Positions 1-14,169 are shown, counted from the first letter of the stretch. The stretch: DNA of 64,000 nucleotides from Takakia lepidozioides (GCA_030704615.1 CM060732.1:34472001-34536000); one strand, 5' to 3'. Numbers and translations: made by a program. Notes: generated by a model not told the origin, from the sequence alone.

Positions 1-908
1 TCCTCATCTATTTCCTGCTCCGATGTAGACCTCGGCTCCCAAATATCGTCTTCATTGTCAGTTGCATTTTCTTTCGTATCATCATCATCATCCCCTGACC
101 CAGTCTCCCCAACAATGACGACCTGTCCATTGACAAAGTTTCCATTTTGACTGCCAATCTTTGCCATCTCACTTCTTCTACGATTCCTGGTTGAGGGTGC
201 CTCAGGGGTGGCCTTCCTGGATGTGTCCTCACTTGCAGACTCTGATTCATCAGCATCTCGAGATTCTGGCTTTGATGCCCTTACAATGTGAACCTTCAAT
301 CTATCCTTAGAAAGAAGCTCAAACACGCAGACATCACCGTCCTCCAATTCGTGGTCCTGCACGAAGCCTTTCCAACCCCGACTTAGCACTGGCTGATGTC
401 CCAGAAACGCCGTCTCCCATTCTTTCTCTGCTGCATCCTCCAGCACGATCCTGCCGTCTTCATCCGGCAGATGGTCCTTGCAAAATCTGTTTGGCATTCT
501 TAGACTGCAACTCCACATATCTGACTGACGCATTGCCTTCACAAACGAGGGCTTTTCTAAGTTTTCGTTGATCAGATCTGCAGCTTCCGTGGCGTCCCTA
601 CGTGCCCTGCCAGATACCTCCCTGCGCTCTCTATTGCCCCTTACGTTGTATTTACGCCTAACACCCGGGCTGGACTCCAACTGCTCGTTATATTCTACCG
701 CTTGATTAGCAGCCACTCGAGACGAGCGCCTGCGCTCTTCAGGATATGGCCGATGTTTCCACGGCCTTACCACTCTTGACGCACCAGACGAGTTCTTCAA
801 GCTCTTGGCGAGGCTTACTAAGCCAAGTTCCTCCATACGCCGCTTGTTTTCCTCAAGCCGCTGGGCACGGACAGCCTCATAAGATGTCGCGCTTCCATTT
901 GTTCCCAT
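1..908 (-). CDS. B3 domain-containing protein (At5g42700/REM-like); 3' end runs off the window
   Basis: Manual translation from ATG 908 gives MGTNGSATSYEAVRAQRLEENKRRMEELGL...KPSFVKAMRQSDMWSCSLRMPNRFCKDHLP...IVLED...LSRGWKGFVQDHELEDGDVCVFEL...LKVHIVRA. The frame is open to base 1, which is why it is absent from the ORF track. Confidence 0.85.
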   Translation of the reverse strand, partial: MGTNGSATSYEAVRAQRLEENKRRMEELGLVSLAKSLKNSSGASRVVRPWKHRPYPEERRRSSRVAANQAVEYNEQLESSPGVRRKYNVRGNRERREVSGRARRDATEAADLINENLEKPSFVKAMRQSDMWSCSLRMPNRFCKDHLPDEDGRIVLEDAAEKEWETAFLGHQPVLSRGWKGFVQDHELEDGDVCVFELLSKDRLKVHIVRASKPESRDADESESASEDTSRKATPEAPSTRNRRRSEMAKIGSQNGNFVNGQVVIVGETGSGDDDDDTKENATDNEDDIWEPRSTSEQEIDE

Positions 909-2206
909 ATTGACAGAAATGGGCCTGAGAATCCTCAATAAGATTGTGGTGGTCTCCCCCTAAAGCAGCATTTCCTTCTGCCCTTCAATTCTTCTGCACA
1001 CGAATATGTTCCTCCTTAGATGAAACGGTCAGAATGGCAATCTTTCCAGGTGCCGATGATCTTGAAATGCAAACACTGTATAACGTCCGCAGAAAGGTCA
1101 AAGAGCTTCTGGGACAAAAGGACAGCAAGAAACAAGAAAGAACAAAAGACAGAGCGAAGCCAAAAGCAGCCCAAAAGCAACTACTGCTCAAGGGATTGTC
1201 TAAGGGTCAAAGCTTCGTGCAGAAAAGCTGCCAAGCATGTCTGATCCTCATAATGGAAGACGTCAGTGAGAGATTGGGTGTCACAAAACAGACAGAGAGT
1301 GGAATCTCCCACGGATCTCATAGTAAAGAGGGCAGCAAAAGAAGAAGTGCTCTTCAGTTTCGATGCAACGGTTAAGCCCAGTGAGAAAGAAAGACAGAAT
1401 ATGTAATGCGAGGAGGCGGAAATGAAGACAGAAGACAGAAACTTTACAACGCCCGCAAGGGCGTCAGAGGGATTGAAGGGAAACAGGTGAAGGCTGCTTC
1501 TACATCAGAAAACCGAAGCGGTTTCAAACCTCCATACCGGCAGATGACGAACACCCATCACAAAGAACCAATGTAACCCTCAACAACACCAGCATTGATA
1601 TCCATAAACCACATTGCCCATCTCTTACCACTCTGACACTGCGAAAGACCATCAAACCCACAAACAGTTGAAAACAGCCGATTCAAGCTGAGTAGAAGTA
1701 TCCAAACAAGCCGACAACCTGTCATCTTATCAGATCAGCCCAGGCACGTATCATTGGAGGGTCTCACCACTCTAACTGCAGAAGAGGTAGTTTTAGTTAG
1801 AACAAACAGCTCTGAGCAACTGCTCAGCTCAAAAATCACTTCGCGCCCACACGATCAAAACAGAAACTTTCCTTGAAGACAAAAGCTCAACCTCGAACAG
1901 ATCCCGCCAAGCGTAAGTTTGCATGGCATGCATCTTTCCTCATCCTTACCCTACATTTATCGTCGGGTTGTGCATTCATTCTCCCTCCTCCTCCCTTGGT
2001 GGGCAAAAAGAGAAACGATCGTCGAGTCTTCCCGCAAGCTATCATGGGTGTGTGCATCCGCAGAGGGAAGTTGGAAGCTTGCTGTGGAAGCCAGTTGCAT
2101 GGAGGGTTGCTCGATGTGTGAACAACAAGGAAAGAATGGAAGCCTACGGCAGTTTATCATTCTTGTTCGTCTGAACGTCTGAACGTCACTTCAGAGTTCA
2201 TATTAC

Positions 2207-3240
2207 CTGTCGGCTTGCGAGGATGTGGATTCTGGCTTTCCGCTGGATTGTTCATATCGTCCACGCCGCAAGACCGCAGCCATAAAATTGACACGGGTGT
2301 TCAAAGAGGAGATTTCTGTCTTTAGGCTCCGCCTCTCTGATTTGAACTCCTCAAGTTGTCTCTGCGAAGCAGTTGCGAAGTCTTTCTTCTCCTTTTCAAG
2401 CATTGCATTCCTGCAGCCAGAACAGAGAGAGAAGTGATGTCATTGACACTCAGAAAAGATATGTACCAGCATCCACCGTAACCATCTGCATTGAAAATAT
2501 TGTTAGCAGTGGGTGCACGTACTTGTTCTTACTCTATTGATGAGCCTCTAGGAGTAAAAGGGTCCTCATTCACAAATTATAAAGCTGGTTCGCCACATTC
2601 TGCAGATACTTAAAAGTCCGTCATGCCAATATTGCTAAGCTGATTCTCCCCTGAGCATGTCACTGTGGGTTCCCTTTAGCTTTCGGACGCTCTTCTCCGA
2701 CTCCACACTCTTCCCTGTTCCCATAAAACCAAAATTGTTGGTAGCTCGTTCTCTGAAGACTCTGGAAGCATGTTGGTTTAGGAAGTTCACAAGCACGAGA
2801 TTAGTTTGGCTTACTCCGCACGAACTCTACCACGCTACTTGAGGCTTTTGCTTTTTTGGATTCATTCCCTCTGTCAAGTGGTTTGGATTAAGCCCGAAGT
2901 CTTTCATGGGAGCCCTATCATTTTGGGAAGATTGATGGATTTGGACGAGTCCGTCAGAAGAATGATGTCGTCCTCATTGAGGAGACTTTCAATTTTTTAG
3001 TTGGTATTACCTCTCAGCTAGCTGATGTAGCAGCTGAAGGGCCTGCTCCATCTCATCATGAAGAATGCCAAGCTGGTGCTCAATCTTGTCGGCGTTAAGT
3101 TCTTGACAACACAGCTCCAACCTGCTTTCACCAGGCTTGTCAAGAGTGAACATAGTCAAATTCTAACATATGCTCTCTCTTAATTGGAAGGTATGAAGGT
3201 GCCACAATCTCAGTTCTGAACTTTCGAAAGAGAAAGTAGG
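2207..3240 (-). pseudogene. Degenerate coding-like exons (coiled-coil-like), product unknown
   Basis: Splice-like borders (ctgcag acceptor near 2410, gtaata donor near 2206, gtacgt donor near 2522, acceptor near 3242). Heptad-rich reading MLEKEKKDFATASQRQLEEFKSERRSLKTEISSL. The upstream part has stops and frameshifts. Confidence 0.3.
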
Positions 3241-4561
3241 CCTGCACGAGAAAAGAGAAAGGCATGCTCGGATCTTGAATTTAAGTGGCAAAAGAATCCG
3301 ATTTCTCCCATTCCATGTAGCCTACATCAGAAGGGGATGTAGCGAAAACGCAAGATGGGTGAAGGTGCACACGTATCACGTAGCCTCCGGTTGATACTTA
3401 TTAGGCGCTGCTCATTATGAGCATGGGTTTCTAGGGCATTTGTAGTGTAGACACTTGGTGATGCAATGGGCCTGCCCCTAACGCTGGAGAGGGTATGACA
3501 CCTTCATCCCTCAAGGGGGAGTCAACAAATGTGACAGTGGGTGACAGTTGTGTGCTTTGAGCAGCATTTCTGCGGGGACTCCCTCTACAGTGTGGGATCT
3601 GCGGAGTTCCTGGGCCATCCTGAGGGAATCTACAAGGCCGCCTAGCAGTGCACAAATACTCTTACTACTACTCATGACTCTTGAGAAGGCCTAAACATGA
3701 TATCACCTTTACAAGTAGATCCGCCCGGCCAAAGAGCGAGATCATACTTGAATGGGGGTAGAGCTCTCCTGCGGTTCGCAGGATAGTAGAGATAGAGTGT
3801 CCTGCTTCGCTGTTACAGCGAATTTTCTAGACTTTCGACTGTAAACAGCCCACAGCTTTTTGTTCCTTGTGATCTGGTTTTCCTCTAACTTTCTAACATA
3901 ATCTGCACTTCAGTATGATCAGACCCTCAAACATTATATGATGGAAAGCAGAACCATAAAGCGAGCATAACAACTAAATCAGACTATTTCTTCAGCCATG
4001 TATGCGGCTTGTTGAACCATGCACAAGATCATGTCTTGCAGTTATACTATAAAGCTGGAATGCTTAGCGGAGAGATACCGACTGGCTGTCTCAAATCCAT
4101 CGATCCTTATTGCCAGAGGTGCAGGTCCTGAGAGCAAGCAGATGAAGAATGCAATAATCCGACCAACAAGGGGTGCGCCCCTCTCTGAAGTCTCTTCATA
4201 GAAGTAAGCATTTCACATGATACGACACATGAAAGCAATTTAGGCAGAAGCGTGCAAACATCATCTAGTCAGTTCCGCTCTGCTTGATGTGCCAAAGATT
4301 TCAGTGCAAAAGAAGAATATGGATGCAAGCACGGTTCTACATCATAGCTGCAGCTTGGATTACGATGATCTCCGGCAGATCTCTGCTTGACCTCTTGAAG
4401 CATTTCTAACTCCATTTTGTTTGAAGCGCTTCAGGCTAGACGACGTGACGCTACCAAGAGAGACTCCACAAAACAAGGATGGTCAGAGGAGGCGGTGATG
4501 GAGCCTCCGGAAAGCGCTTACCCCATATAAACCTATAACTCTATTCGACACGTGTATGTTA

Positions 4562-5345
4562 GGGCCAGTTCACACAAGGACCCAGCCCAAGACCAAGCTA
4601 GAAACAAGAAATCCTATTGGTCAAGAGCCTCAAATCGGGCCTAAGCGGCTTACACGAGGGTCCGGGCCCAAGACCAAGGAAATGACATGGCTGCCTACAT
4701 GGCATGATTTATGGCGCCAAACCCTTGGGCCCAGCGGGCCCAAGAAACTTACCACTAAGATATATATTCTTAAGCCTATCACAACCATAGGATTTCATAG
4801 ATGGGATTGTACGCAGGTAGAGACTAGAATACTAATAATAATATTTGACGCCTCCCCAAAGAGACTAGAGACTCTCATCAGCCACCTCGTGGCAGCACTC
4901 ACCCAGGTTCTGCATGTACAATCATCAGCCCTCTCTATCTCTCATCTTTCCACGAAGAACACAAACATATCAACAATCTAACAAATTCAATCGGCAATCT
5001 AACAAATTGCTCGTTTGTAAGTTGTTGCAATGCCAAAATGGTTGTAATCACGCGCTTGAAAGCCAGTGAAGAGGACCAAGGCCACAGAATATTATGCCTT
5101 CCTGCTTCCATAGTTTAGGGATACACGATTTGATGGGAGACAACGTGAAGCGAAGACAGAGAATGGAAAAAGGGGAGCGTGGCTGATATTGGTGTAGGTT
5201 GGGCCTTAGGCTTGGGCCCAATAGGTTTATACAAAGAGGGCCCAATTCCTTGAACATTATATTTTAGTCAGTTCATTCAGCCCAATTGTGGGCCCAAAAG
5301 CTCTAGTTTTGAGCCCGGGGCCTCCGCCTCCCCCCCAGACAACTC
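4562..5345. mobile_element. Probable degenerate MITE (Tourist/Harbinger-like) upstream of the AKR gene
   Basis: Starts TTA|GGGCCAGTTCACAC. GGCCCAAG motifs at the left end recur inverted (CTTGGGCC) at 5200-5320. The right TIR was not resolved. Confidence 0.35.
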
Positions 5346-5743
5346 TAATGCAATTCCGTTGGTAGCGCACGGGCCACGCAATGTTTGTGTTCATAGAATC
5401 TTCTTACTATTCTGCCCTCCTACGATTTGTTAAGCTCGACAGTCGGCGACTAGAAACTGCTGCGGAAAGTGCACAGCACTGAGGCTCTATAAACGTGAGA
5501 TTGAAGCAAACTTGGTCGATGTTATAAAAAAGGACTAGAAAGACCTCCTCCATCACGACAGCACAGAGCAGCTGATCACATCTGATCATCCGCAGTGTAA
5601 GCTCAGAAGAGGACTCTGGATGCGAATCCCGGACCTTGATCTCTACAGATTTGCGAATTCTTGTCCACACTGCCTCAGGCATCTGACAGAAGGCGGTGAT
5701 TTTGAAGCGATCAGTTAATTCGTCACGATTTGGAGCTGGTAGA

Positions 5744-7954
5744 ATGGCCTCTGATCTCCCAGATGTCCCCCGTGTGAAGCTGGGTTCTCAAGGACTGGAA
5801 GTCTCTGCCTTGGGCTTGGGCTGCATGGGCATGTCCATAGCGTATGGGCCTCCTCGTCCTGTCCAAGAGATGGTTGAGCTCATCAGGCATGCTGTGGAGT
5901 GTGGGGTCACATTTTTTGACTCTGCAGATATATATGGGCCTTTCACGAATGAAATTCTACTTGGAAAGGTGATCAATGCTTCCTTGGGTTGTTGTCTGAT
6001 CTTCTCTGTGACTGTATGTATTTAACCTTTCTCTTTGGAGTTCTGAATCAAACTTCCCTTGTCTTTCCCTTTTTGTATGATCTTCGCGCACATATGGTGT
6101 AGTTCATTATGTGGGGATTCATGAACAGTGTCAAACTTCGTCAAATCATATGACGAATTCAGCTTGACAAATTACTAGGGTGTTGCGGAAGGGGGATGAG
6201 GTTGTGTTAAAGAGCCTGCGACTGATGTCTAAGCACAGAGGACACTGTTTGATTAATGCAGGCAATCGAAGGCATTCGGGACAAAGTGCAACTAGCCACC
6301 AAATTTGGAAACACTCCCAGAATGGAATCTGGGATGTTAAAGGGGATTGACATTAGAGGGGACCCAAACTATGTGCGTCAAGCTTGCGAGGCCAGTTTGC
6401 AGAGGTTGAATGTGGATTGCATTGATCTCTATTACCAGCATCGAGTGGATACCAAGGTTCCTATTGAAATAACAGTACGCATTTACCCCCTTTTTCCACT
6501 CACAGCTCTTATAGGTCTGAGCCTGATATCTGAGACAAAGTAGGATGATTTGTAAGCTCCCACCTTGGGGGTCAATGTGCAAAATTTGAGAAGATTTTGC
6601 ATCCAGAGGCACACTTGCCCTTTTGAACACAAGCGAGCGATATCGTGGAGCTCCCACAAGAACAATAAAAAGGATATGTGAAATTACTTCTCACAACTGC
6701 TAGAGGGTTGATGCGTTCTTGTGACATGTGCCTGACATTCTCCGTGTACAGGTAGGGGCCATGAAGGAGCTAGTGCAGGAGGGCAAGGTAAAGTACCTGG
6801 GCTTGTCCGAGGCATCGGCCTCCGAAATTCGGCGTGCTCATGCTGTGCATCCCATCACTGCCGTTCAGATGGAGTATTCTCTATGGGTTCGAGATGTGGA
6901 AGACGATATCATCCCAACTTGCAGGTACGATTTCCCAATAGCTTGAAGTCCCTTTGAAGTACGTGTGAATGTGCAGTAAGTATGCGACTTGACTGTGAAA
7001 CAAGACTAGACTGTGAGCATGTACTCTGGCCGTCTAGCATGCTATCCAGATGACGCAAATATGTCCTTCACCGAACTCGTCTAGATTTTCCTCAAGTATA
7101 GAAGCTGTTTTCCTGAATGGTATGATGATGGACAGAGAGTTAGGGATTGGGATCGTCCCGTACAGCCCCCTCGGTCGAGGCTTCTTTGCTGGTCATACTC
7201 CTGAGGGGACAACCGAGGGCGACTTCCGGCAGGTGATTCTCTCTCTCTCTCCCTCCAGCCTTCGTGCAGGCGGTGTTTGTTTCTTTAACGTGTTTGCTTC
7301 TTTGTCGTTCTACAAGTGGTTGGATTCTGCTCTAGTGTTCCTTTCTCTCTTTCTCTATTCTTCGGAACTTTTTGCCTGATTAGTTCACGATGAGTAGAAT
7401 CCAAGCAGGCCTGAGAATTTCTCATAAGTGTCTGTGGTTCGAAGTGCATTAATTGATTCCTGCGATACATTCTACCATTTGATGAAGCAAAGCACAATTC
7501 AGTGTGTAATGTTGATTATCATGTCCAACTCTCGGTGCAGCTCTATCCGATGGTGTCGGGAGAAAACTTGAACAAAAACAATGAGTTGCGGGAGCGAGTG
7601 GTGAAAATTGCGAAGAAGAAAAATTGTAGCCTGAATCAGCTGGCGCTGGCATGGGTTCATCACAAGGGCGCCGATGTGGTGTCCATCCCAGGAACAACCA
7701 AGACGGCTAATCTGGAGTCAAATATCGGATCTTTGCAAGTTCATCTAACAGAGGAGGAGATAAAAGAGATCGAGGCAGCCGTTCCCGTTGATGAATTTGC
7801 AGGCGAGAAGTCCCCTGCTACGATTCTGAAAAGAACCTGGCGCTTTGCATCCACTCCGCCTCTCGCCTCTTGGACGGGTGTTCCTGCCCCCGCGAAGGCA
7901 GAGGAACAAGATGACGATTTTTTCGCGCGGGTCTTTGAGCCTGCTGCCAAGTAA
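5744..7954 (+). CDS. Aldo-keto reductase (IN2-2/perakine-reductase-like), 5 exons, 373 aa
   Basis: Exons 5744-5968, 6262-6474, 6752-6924, 7136-7232, 7541-7954; all GT-AG and in frame. Motifs [48 protein letters not shown]. Confidence 0.95.
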
Positions 7955-7971
7955 GATGCCAACGTGCGTAC

Positions 7972-8827
7972 CAGTGTTGGGCGGTTACCCGCCTGGGCCC
8001 GGGTAACCGCCGGTTCCGGTTATGTGGAACCGGAACCGGAACCGGAACCGCTCATTGGGGATTGTGTGGGAACCGGAACCGGCGGTTCCAGCTACGACCA
8101 CATGTGTGGGAACCGGCGATTCCAGCTCAAAAGCGGTTCCGGTTCCGGTCCACCCCTGGGCTGTAGCCCTAAATGTCTCTAGTACCTACCAAAGCGCTTC
8201 TACCTCCGGTTCTTGGTTCTTGACCCCTTCGTGGGGCTGGTGGGCCCAGGGAAAAACTTATTTAATGCTCTTAAGCTCCTGAGATCCTGGGTTCAATGCT
8301 TGAAGGCCATGAGATTCTATGTTCAATGCTTCAGCGCCATGAGATCTTGGGTTCAATCTCCAGCTCCATGATATCCTGGCTAAGTTCATTAATAAAATGT
8401 TTGAAGATGCCAATACTTGCCAGGTAGCTGAATAGTACTTTCAACCCATAAAATTTTACCCATTTTCTTCTACCAGTTTATTTAGAGTATTTTTGTTTGT
8501 TTTTTTGTGTTAGTGAAAACTAACAAAATCGTTGGATTTTAGTTCAAATATGTGAATACACTGCTATTTAATCTACCGGACTGAAAAAATATTTTAAATC
8601 TAATTAAATTAAACAAATATATTTTTAAAATAGAACCAGAACCGATGGTTTTTATCAGCAACTAACCGGTAACCGGAACCGCCCCCATGTTTAAGAGTTG
8701 GATCCGGAACCGGACCGGAACCGGCTCAATAAAAAAGAACCGGAACCGGATCCGGAACCGTCTCTTGAAATAATTTTGGAACTGGAACTGAAGGTTCCTT
8801 CACAAATGCAAGAACCGCCCAACACTG
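7972..8827. mobile_element. Non-autonomous hAT element (MITE), 856 bp
   Basis: 15-bp perfect TIR CAGTGTTGGGCGGTT / AACCGCCCAACACTG. Perfect 8-bp TSD GTGCGTAC (7964-7971, 8828-8835). Subterminal GGAACC repeats at both ends. Confidence 0.93.
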
Positions 8828-9613
8828 GTGCGTACTTGCTCGGACAACCCGGTTAGGCACAAGGCTGCCTTACATGTGGTGGTGGTTTCAATTGATGAGT
8901 GGGTACCTGAGAATTGATGAGGCCTTAGGGGAGGGTCGGGTTACATCAGTCTTGAGGCGTTATTGTTGCAGGGTGCTTGAAGGCATGGGACTGGATCCCA
9001 ATCAAAATCAGGTACTGACAGACTGTGGGTAGATTTTTTTGTCATGTGACCAACCATCAGCTCCTCAAATTTTCTGAAATGAACGGCTCATGCCATGCAA
9101 CATCATTCACCAGCAAGAAGCTCACTCATTCTCTTCTCACAGATCTGTAAAGCTGTCTCTAGGTGTCCATCTGTGTGTTCCAAGTTTTCTTACTAACTGC
9201 ACCATGTTATCTTGGCAATTTTCAAACGGATGCATCAGGTCATTTTCTCACATCAATGTGGTAGGAGGTTACAATTGCAGTAGTGCTCAACTTGGCAAAG
9301 TACTATGGTAAAGGTACTACGATATCAATTGCAGCCCTTCTCGACAGTCAATTCAATGTCATCGAATTGCGAGCACTATGGCAGATTCCAGTTGTGGCTC
9401 TTACATTCGCCAAGGGAGACACCTATGGACTGTCCCCAGCTCTTACATCACAGCAAGTGTAAATCATGAACATGATCTAAGGGGTTGTCACAAAGATCAA
9501 GAGTTAGGTGGACACATGGCTTCATAACACAATCACAATTTGGTGTCCATCGTTGTGTTCTTTTCCGATGGTTGCACTTTCTGCCTGTGAGCAATCGCCT
9601 CCTCTTCTTTGTT

Positions 9614-12600
9614 TTACTGGCAATGGTTAGCTTGCGCTGCTGGGCACACATCTGCAAAAGAACAAAACCGACATTTCCAAAGTTCGTCCTCTGGGACAAA
9701 AGCTGCATGCCTGCGACCTTGCAAATACTCAAGGTGCCACCGAAGGCGTGCTTCCAACCATTCGCCTTCGAAAGGGAACTCGTCTTGCCCCAGCAAAGCT
9801 CGATCTGCCTGCAATTCATATCTGCCAGCCAAAACAGAGAAGTTTATGGACAAGATGCATTGGCAATGTTTCAAGTGTAGTAACTGCAAGAAGACAGGCA
9901 ACCTGACATATTCTCCATACCTTCCCTTCAAAATTAAACCCATGCCTTCCCTCTTATGAAATGTCTTTAACGGGTGGTAGTGCTATTAGTGCTACCCTAT
10001 TGAACCTATGGTGTGGTCTGTGCCTTCCAAAAGTGCAGTCCCCACCAAAATTTTACTTATTTCCAAGAGCAATGATGGGTCTGCATGTCAGAGTAATGTC
10101 ATGTTGTAAACAGGACCTACTCCATACTCAAAAACCACTGCCACAGTGTTCCTAGTATAACCCAACACTTACCTCAACAAGAGGGAGTCATGGGATTGTG
10201 GAAACAAGAGGCACTCTTCAGAGAACACGCATACCAGGTCCTGCAAGTTCTTCACCTGCATCGAGCCGTCCAAAACTACAAATGTTAATGTTTTGACGTG
10301 AGTAATATTGAAGAAAAGACCATCTTGAGATATCCCTAATTGGGAAGGTACACTCACCTCAACACCTAGATATATGTCAGCGGCATGGGACATAACATCT
10401 TGATTGAGGCTGTGCTCAGGACGCAACCTGAAGTGGTGAAAGAAAGAAGTAAATGGGATGCCAACTGTGACCATGCTATCCCAAAGAAGTTTGTAGACCA
10501 TCAACTGCAGCCTGCATGCCCACACTTCGTTGGTCTCCATTTCACAGTTAAAGTGAACAAGGTGGAGAAGAATAAAGCTAACTAGAGGTGTCCTAAGCCA
10601 CAGCAACAGTGAACTAAAGTTCCCTTCCAGCAGAAGATTTCCAGCTTTCTTAGCTGTTCTAATCTTTAAAAACTTAGGTCTATTTTTTTCAAACTATACC
10701 TGCCATTCCTTTTCTGCGCTTCAGATGGAGGTGAAGGCCGGCTCCGTGTTTTAGTGTCAACAAGGAGAGGTCGCTCCCCTCCTTCTCTTTCACAAAGCTG
10801 CAATTCGTCAATCACCCCTAATACCCACATGCCATCAATGATGCCCAATCTGCAACCAGAGAAATATAAGCTTGAGTCTAGACACAGTTCGCTCCTCTTA
10901 TGCAAACCTATGAGTCTGTTGACTTGGAGACCTTGGCTTGCATGACTCATGTGCCAAATATTGGATGAAACCGACTGCTTAGACCATCAGACCCTGATCC
11001 AACATATCTTGCCTGAGTTGGCCAATACAGAATCAACTTGAATCATCTTACACCTTCATAATTAACATGAACAAAGATCAATGGTTCCACTCCCATTGGT
11101 ACAATTTCGGGCCCAACCTGGGATGATTGACACCAAAGTCCTGTAAAAAGGCCCAAAATTTTCCCGAAACAAAGCTTACAGTTAACATACACTACTTGTA
11201 TTTACTGCTGGTGAACAAAACAGGGACATGAAAGTTACATGGACAACATTGTGGTGCACCCAGGTGATAATTAAAAGATTTTCCCCCTGGAAGTTTTGTA
11301 TATCTTTGAGAAGAATGAATTGCCTTCACACACTCCAAAAGATATTAACAAATTACTGCAAGAGCCCTGCACTCGTGCAACAGACCTTCCAAGCACGGCC
11401 AGCCCATCATAATGATAAGGCTACGAATTCCACTAGAAATGTGACATACTCTTTAATAGGAAAGCAGATTATGACCTCCTGAGATCAAATCACCTCTTAC
11501 TGCAAATTTGAGGTGCAACAGAACCCATTTTAAGAGAACTTGTGCCGCCATCTTAAAAGCTGAAATTCTGAGCATAATCAGAGCCAAAACAAACTCAAGA
11601 TCACAAAACAGGTTGTAATGTCCAACTATGACAAAGGAATGACAAGTACCATGTTACTTGGCATAGCAAGGTGTGGACATAGTCACAACACTTACACAGG
11701 CAGCTCCCGTGTAAGGCCCTCACTTTGAAGTTGCCGTGCTCCCGTTATAAAATTAAGCAATCGGATTGCCCATGAGTCTTCCTTTGAGTGAACTGCTACC
11801 TCCACTCTGGTCACCACCTGCTTTCAGACCCAACATGAGAATCTATCCTTCTTGTCTGTTTGAAGCACATCACAATAAGAGCAGCAAATTTCACACTTCA
11901 CACACAGTTTTACAGCATCTTACTTCTACTTCGAGCTCAATGTGACGAACACTGCCAGCTTTCATGGCAGAAGTCCTCTTCGGTTTTCCCAGAGTCATTG
12001 AAAACTCCACTTGCTTCTCACACCACTCCTGCACATAACCTCCCCCAACATCGATTTCCAGATTAGACTCTGCAACGCATGAGACCAAGACTTGACCCTA
12101 ACCCTAGACCAGCATACATCTCAGCCTCTATACCACTCCTTACATACACCTATTCAGCTAGGCTAGACCGATGACCTGATCGGTGTCCGCCCTTCGATCT
12201 AGGACTCTCTAAATGGTGCAGTAAGGTTCTAAGATTATAGTGAAATCGTATCCCACCAATGCTGTGAAGTCAGTAACAGAGAGACCTCTGGACCCATAGC
12301 GAAGGGATGGTGGCATTGGTCCCACTCCTTCCTCTCCTCTTCCATGATTCTCTTCCTGGGTCGCCTGTTTGCTGACTTGAAGGTCCTCTATATCCCCAAT
12401 CCGACCTGCGTTGAATTCTCGAGATTGCTCCTGCGAAAGATTGCTTGTTCCTGGATCACTCTCTATGATTATCGGTGCATTTCCTTCAACTAAAACTGCA
12501 GTTTTTTCATAGACATCGTGTGCAGCAGCTACAATCAACGTATTTCGTTGCGGAGACACCTCTGCATCAGGTCGAACCGCACTGAAGACTTCTTCAACAA

Positions 12601-13081
12601 TCCTCGAATCAGAAATGGAAGGAGTAATTTGAGAATCAGGTTTCAAATTTCTAGAAACGATAGCACCCTCAGTCGATCTTGCTTCGGAAATATCCACCTT
12701 TCCGACACATGCCTGAGCCTCAGACTGGAGAGGCGGGACAGAATCGGCCTCTCTTTCGGCGCAAAAAGGGACTACTAAAAAATCTCCATCCGTGCTGTCA
12801 CGCACTACATTATGGCTACAATGGTTATGAGACTGACCTTTCAAACATTTCTGCAACCTAAAATTATACGATTGTACAGGGCCTCGCTTCGTTGGTGATT
12901 GCGAAGTCACGCATTGAAGGGGAACAGAAGAATGCAAGACAGTAGGCTGAAGTGAATGGGCCGGGAATAGTAGAGGTGCTACAGATTGGACACCTGAGAA
13001 AGCTTCTTCTATAGCCGCCATCTCTTCGTCGCCCACGAGCTGGAACGGAATGTGCCTTGAAGCCAACACAGTTTCGTTCAT
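9614..13081 (-). CDS. EXO5: Exonuclease V (Exo5/Dem1 family, Fe-S nuclease), 7 exons, 548 aa
   Basis: Exons 13081-12257, 12028-11924, 11817-11696, 10849-10700, 10511-10358, 10255-10173, 9821-9614 splice in frame. Motifs LSVTDF..EWCEKQ, G..RH.ELE, TRELPV, GVIDEL, DTKTR, RLQLMVYK, WKCRFCSFADVC. Confidence 0.93.
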
Positions 13082-14169
13082 TGTCCCTTCTACTTACTTC
13101 ATCTAATGCTTCCCTGGACATGAGATCGGATGCTCAACTCCAAGGAAATCGAGCTCAAAATCTATACCCAACAACCACCAGAGTGGATGGTGATTGCAGA
13201 TGCCACAGAATCCAATTTTTTACGACCAGGCAACCATGAAGTAAACTGCTAGTGTATTCTCCATTCTTGTTTCTTGTTCCCCCCCCCCCCCCCCCCCCCC
13301 CCCTTCTCATCATGTGCCCGTTCACCCATTGTACATGTTGTAAATAATGTCTTACAGGGTTTCAACAATTCTTGCTCTGCGTGGCCTAAATTATTAGAGT
13401 GATATGAACCTGCGCCAGAGAAATTTGACGGGTTCTCTTCATCGAATACGGGAAAAGGCCATCACGGGCGTAAAGACACGAAGCCTCGAAAAAAAAGGAA
13501 CGACAGATACCTCATGATACAACAAACCCTAGCCGAGTCAACGTGCCTTAGAATGGCCCAACAAGCTACTAGGTAACTTTCAAGGGATTTGAACCATTAG
13601 AGAGAAGAAGGGATAAAGGAGTGCACAGTGGCCACATGACACACCGCCATCGCTCATCAAGACATTGGCTGGAAAGGTGCAAGGCGAAAGGAAAAATGAT
13701 CTCAATTCAAGTCCTCATTAAGGATCTCAGTGCACGATTCGACATGAAGACATTTCACAAATTTGGAGGTTCGTGTCCGGCCTCCGTGACAACTTCCGTG
13801 TATGTTTGACCCATTGTGCCTAGGGGCGGGTCACAAACTTCTTGTCTTACAGTAGATTGGCCATCTTGCTTTGAGTAGAGCGATGCATTCCATAGAGAGC
13901 ACACAGACCGGGTTTAAAATATTCCTTGCGGGATTTTGTAGCAATTTCATGTTGTCGAACTTCTCATTGCATCTCTCGAGCGAATTTTTGTAGCAGCTTC
14001 CGAATTTCGCAAGTTTAAAAGTTGTATTTTCTGGGGTCTGGTTCCTTTGGCTGTGCATCGCTTGATCTACTGCTGCAGAGACCCAGTCGAGCTATAGAGA
14101 CCCAATCGTCAGGACCCAATTCTGGAAACGTTACCAAGGCTCAAGCATACGGAGGCCCAGAGAACTACC

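Noticed and set aside
944-1375. 143-aa plus-strand ORF
   Set aside because: No motifs; it is antisense to the pyrimidine-rich upstream/intron region of the B3 gene.
7964-8282. ORFs with EPEPEP/NRNRNR repeats
   Set aside because: These are translations of the GGAACC subterminal repeats of the hAT MITE.
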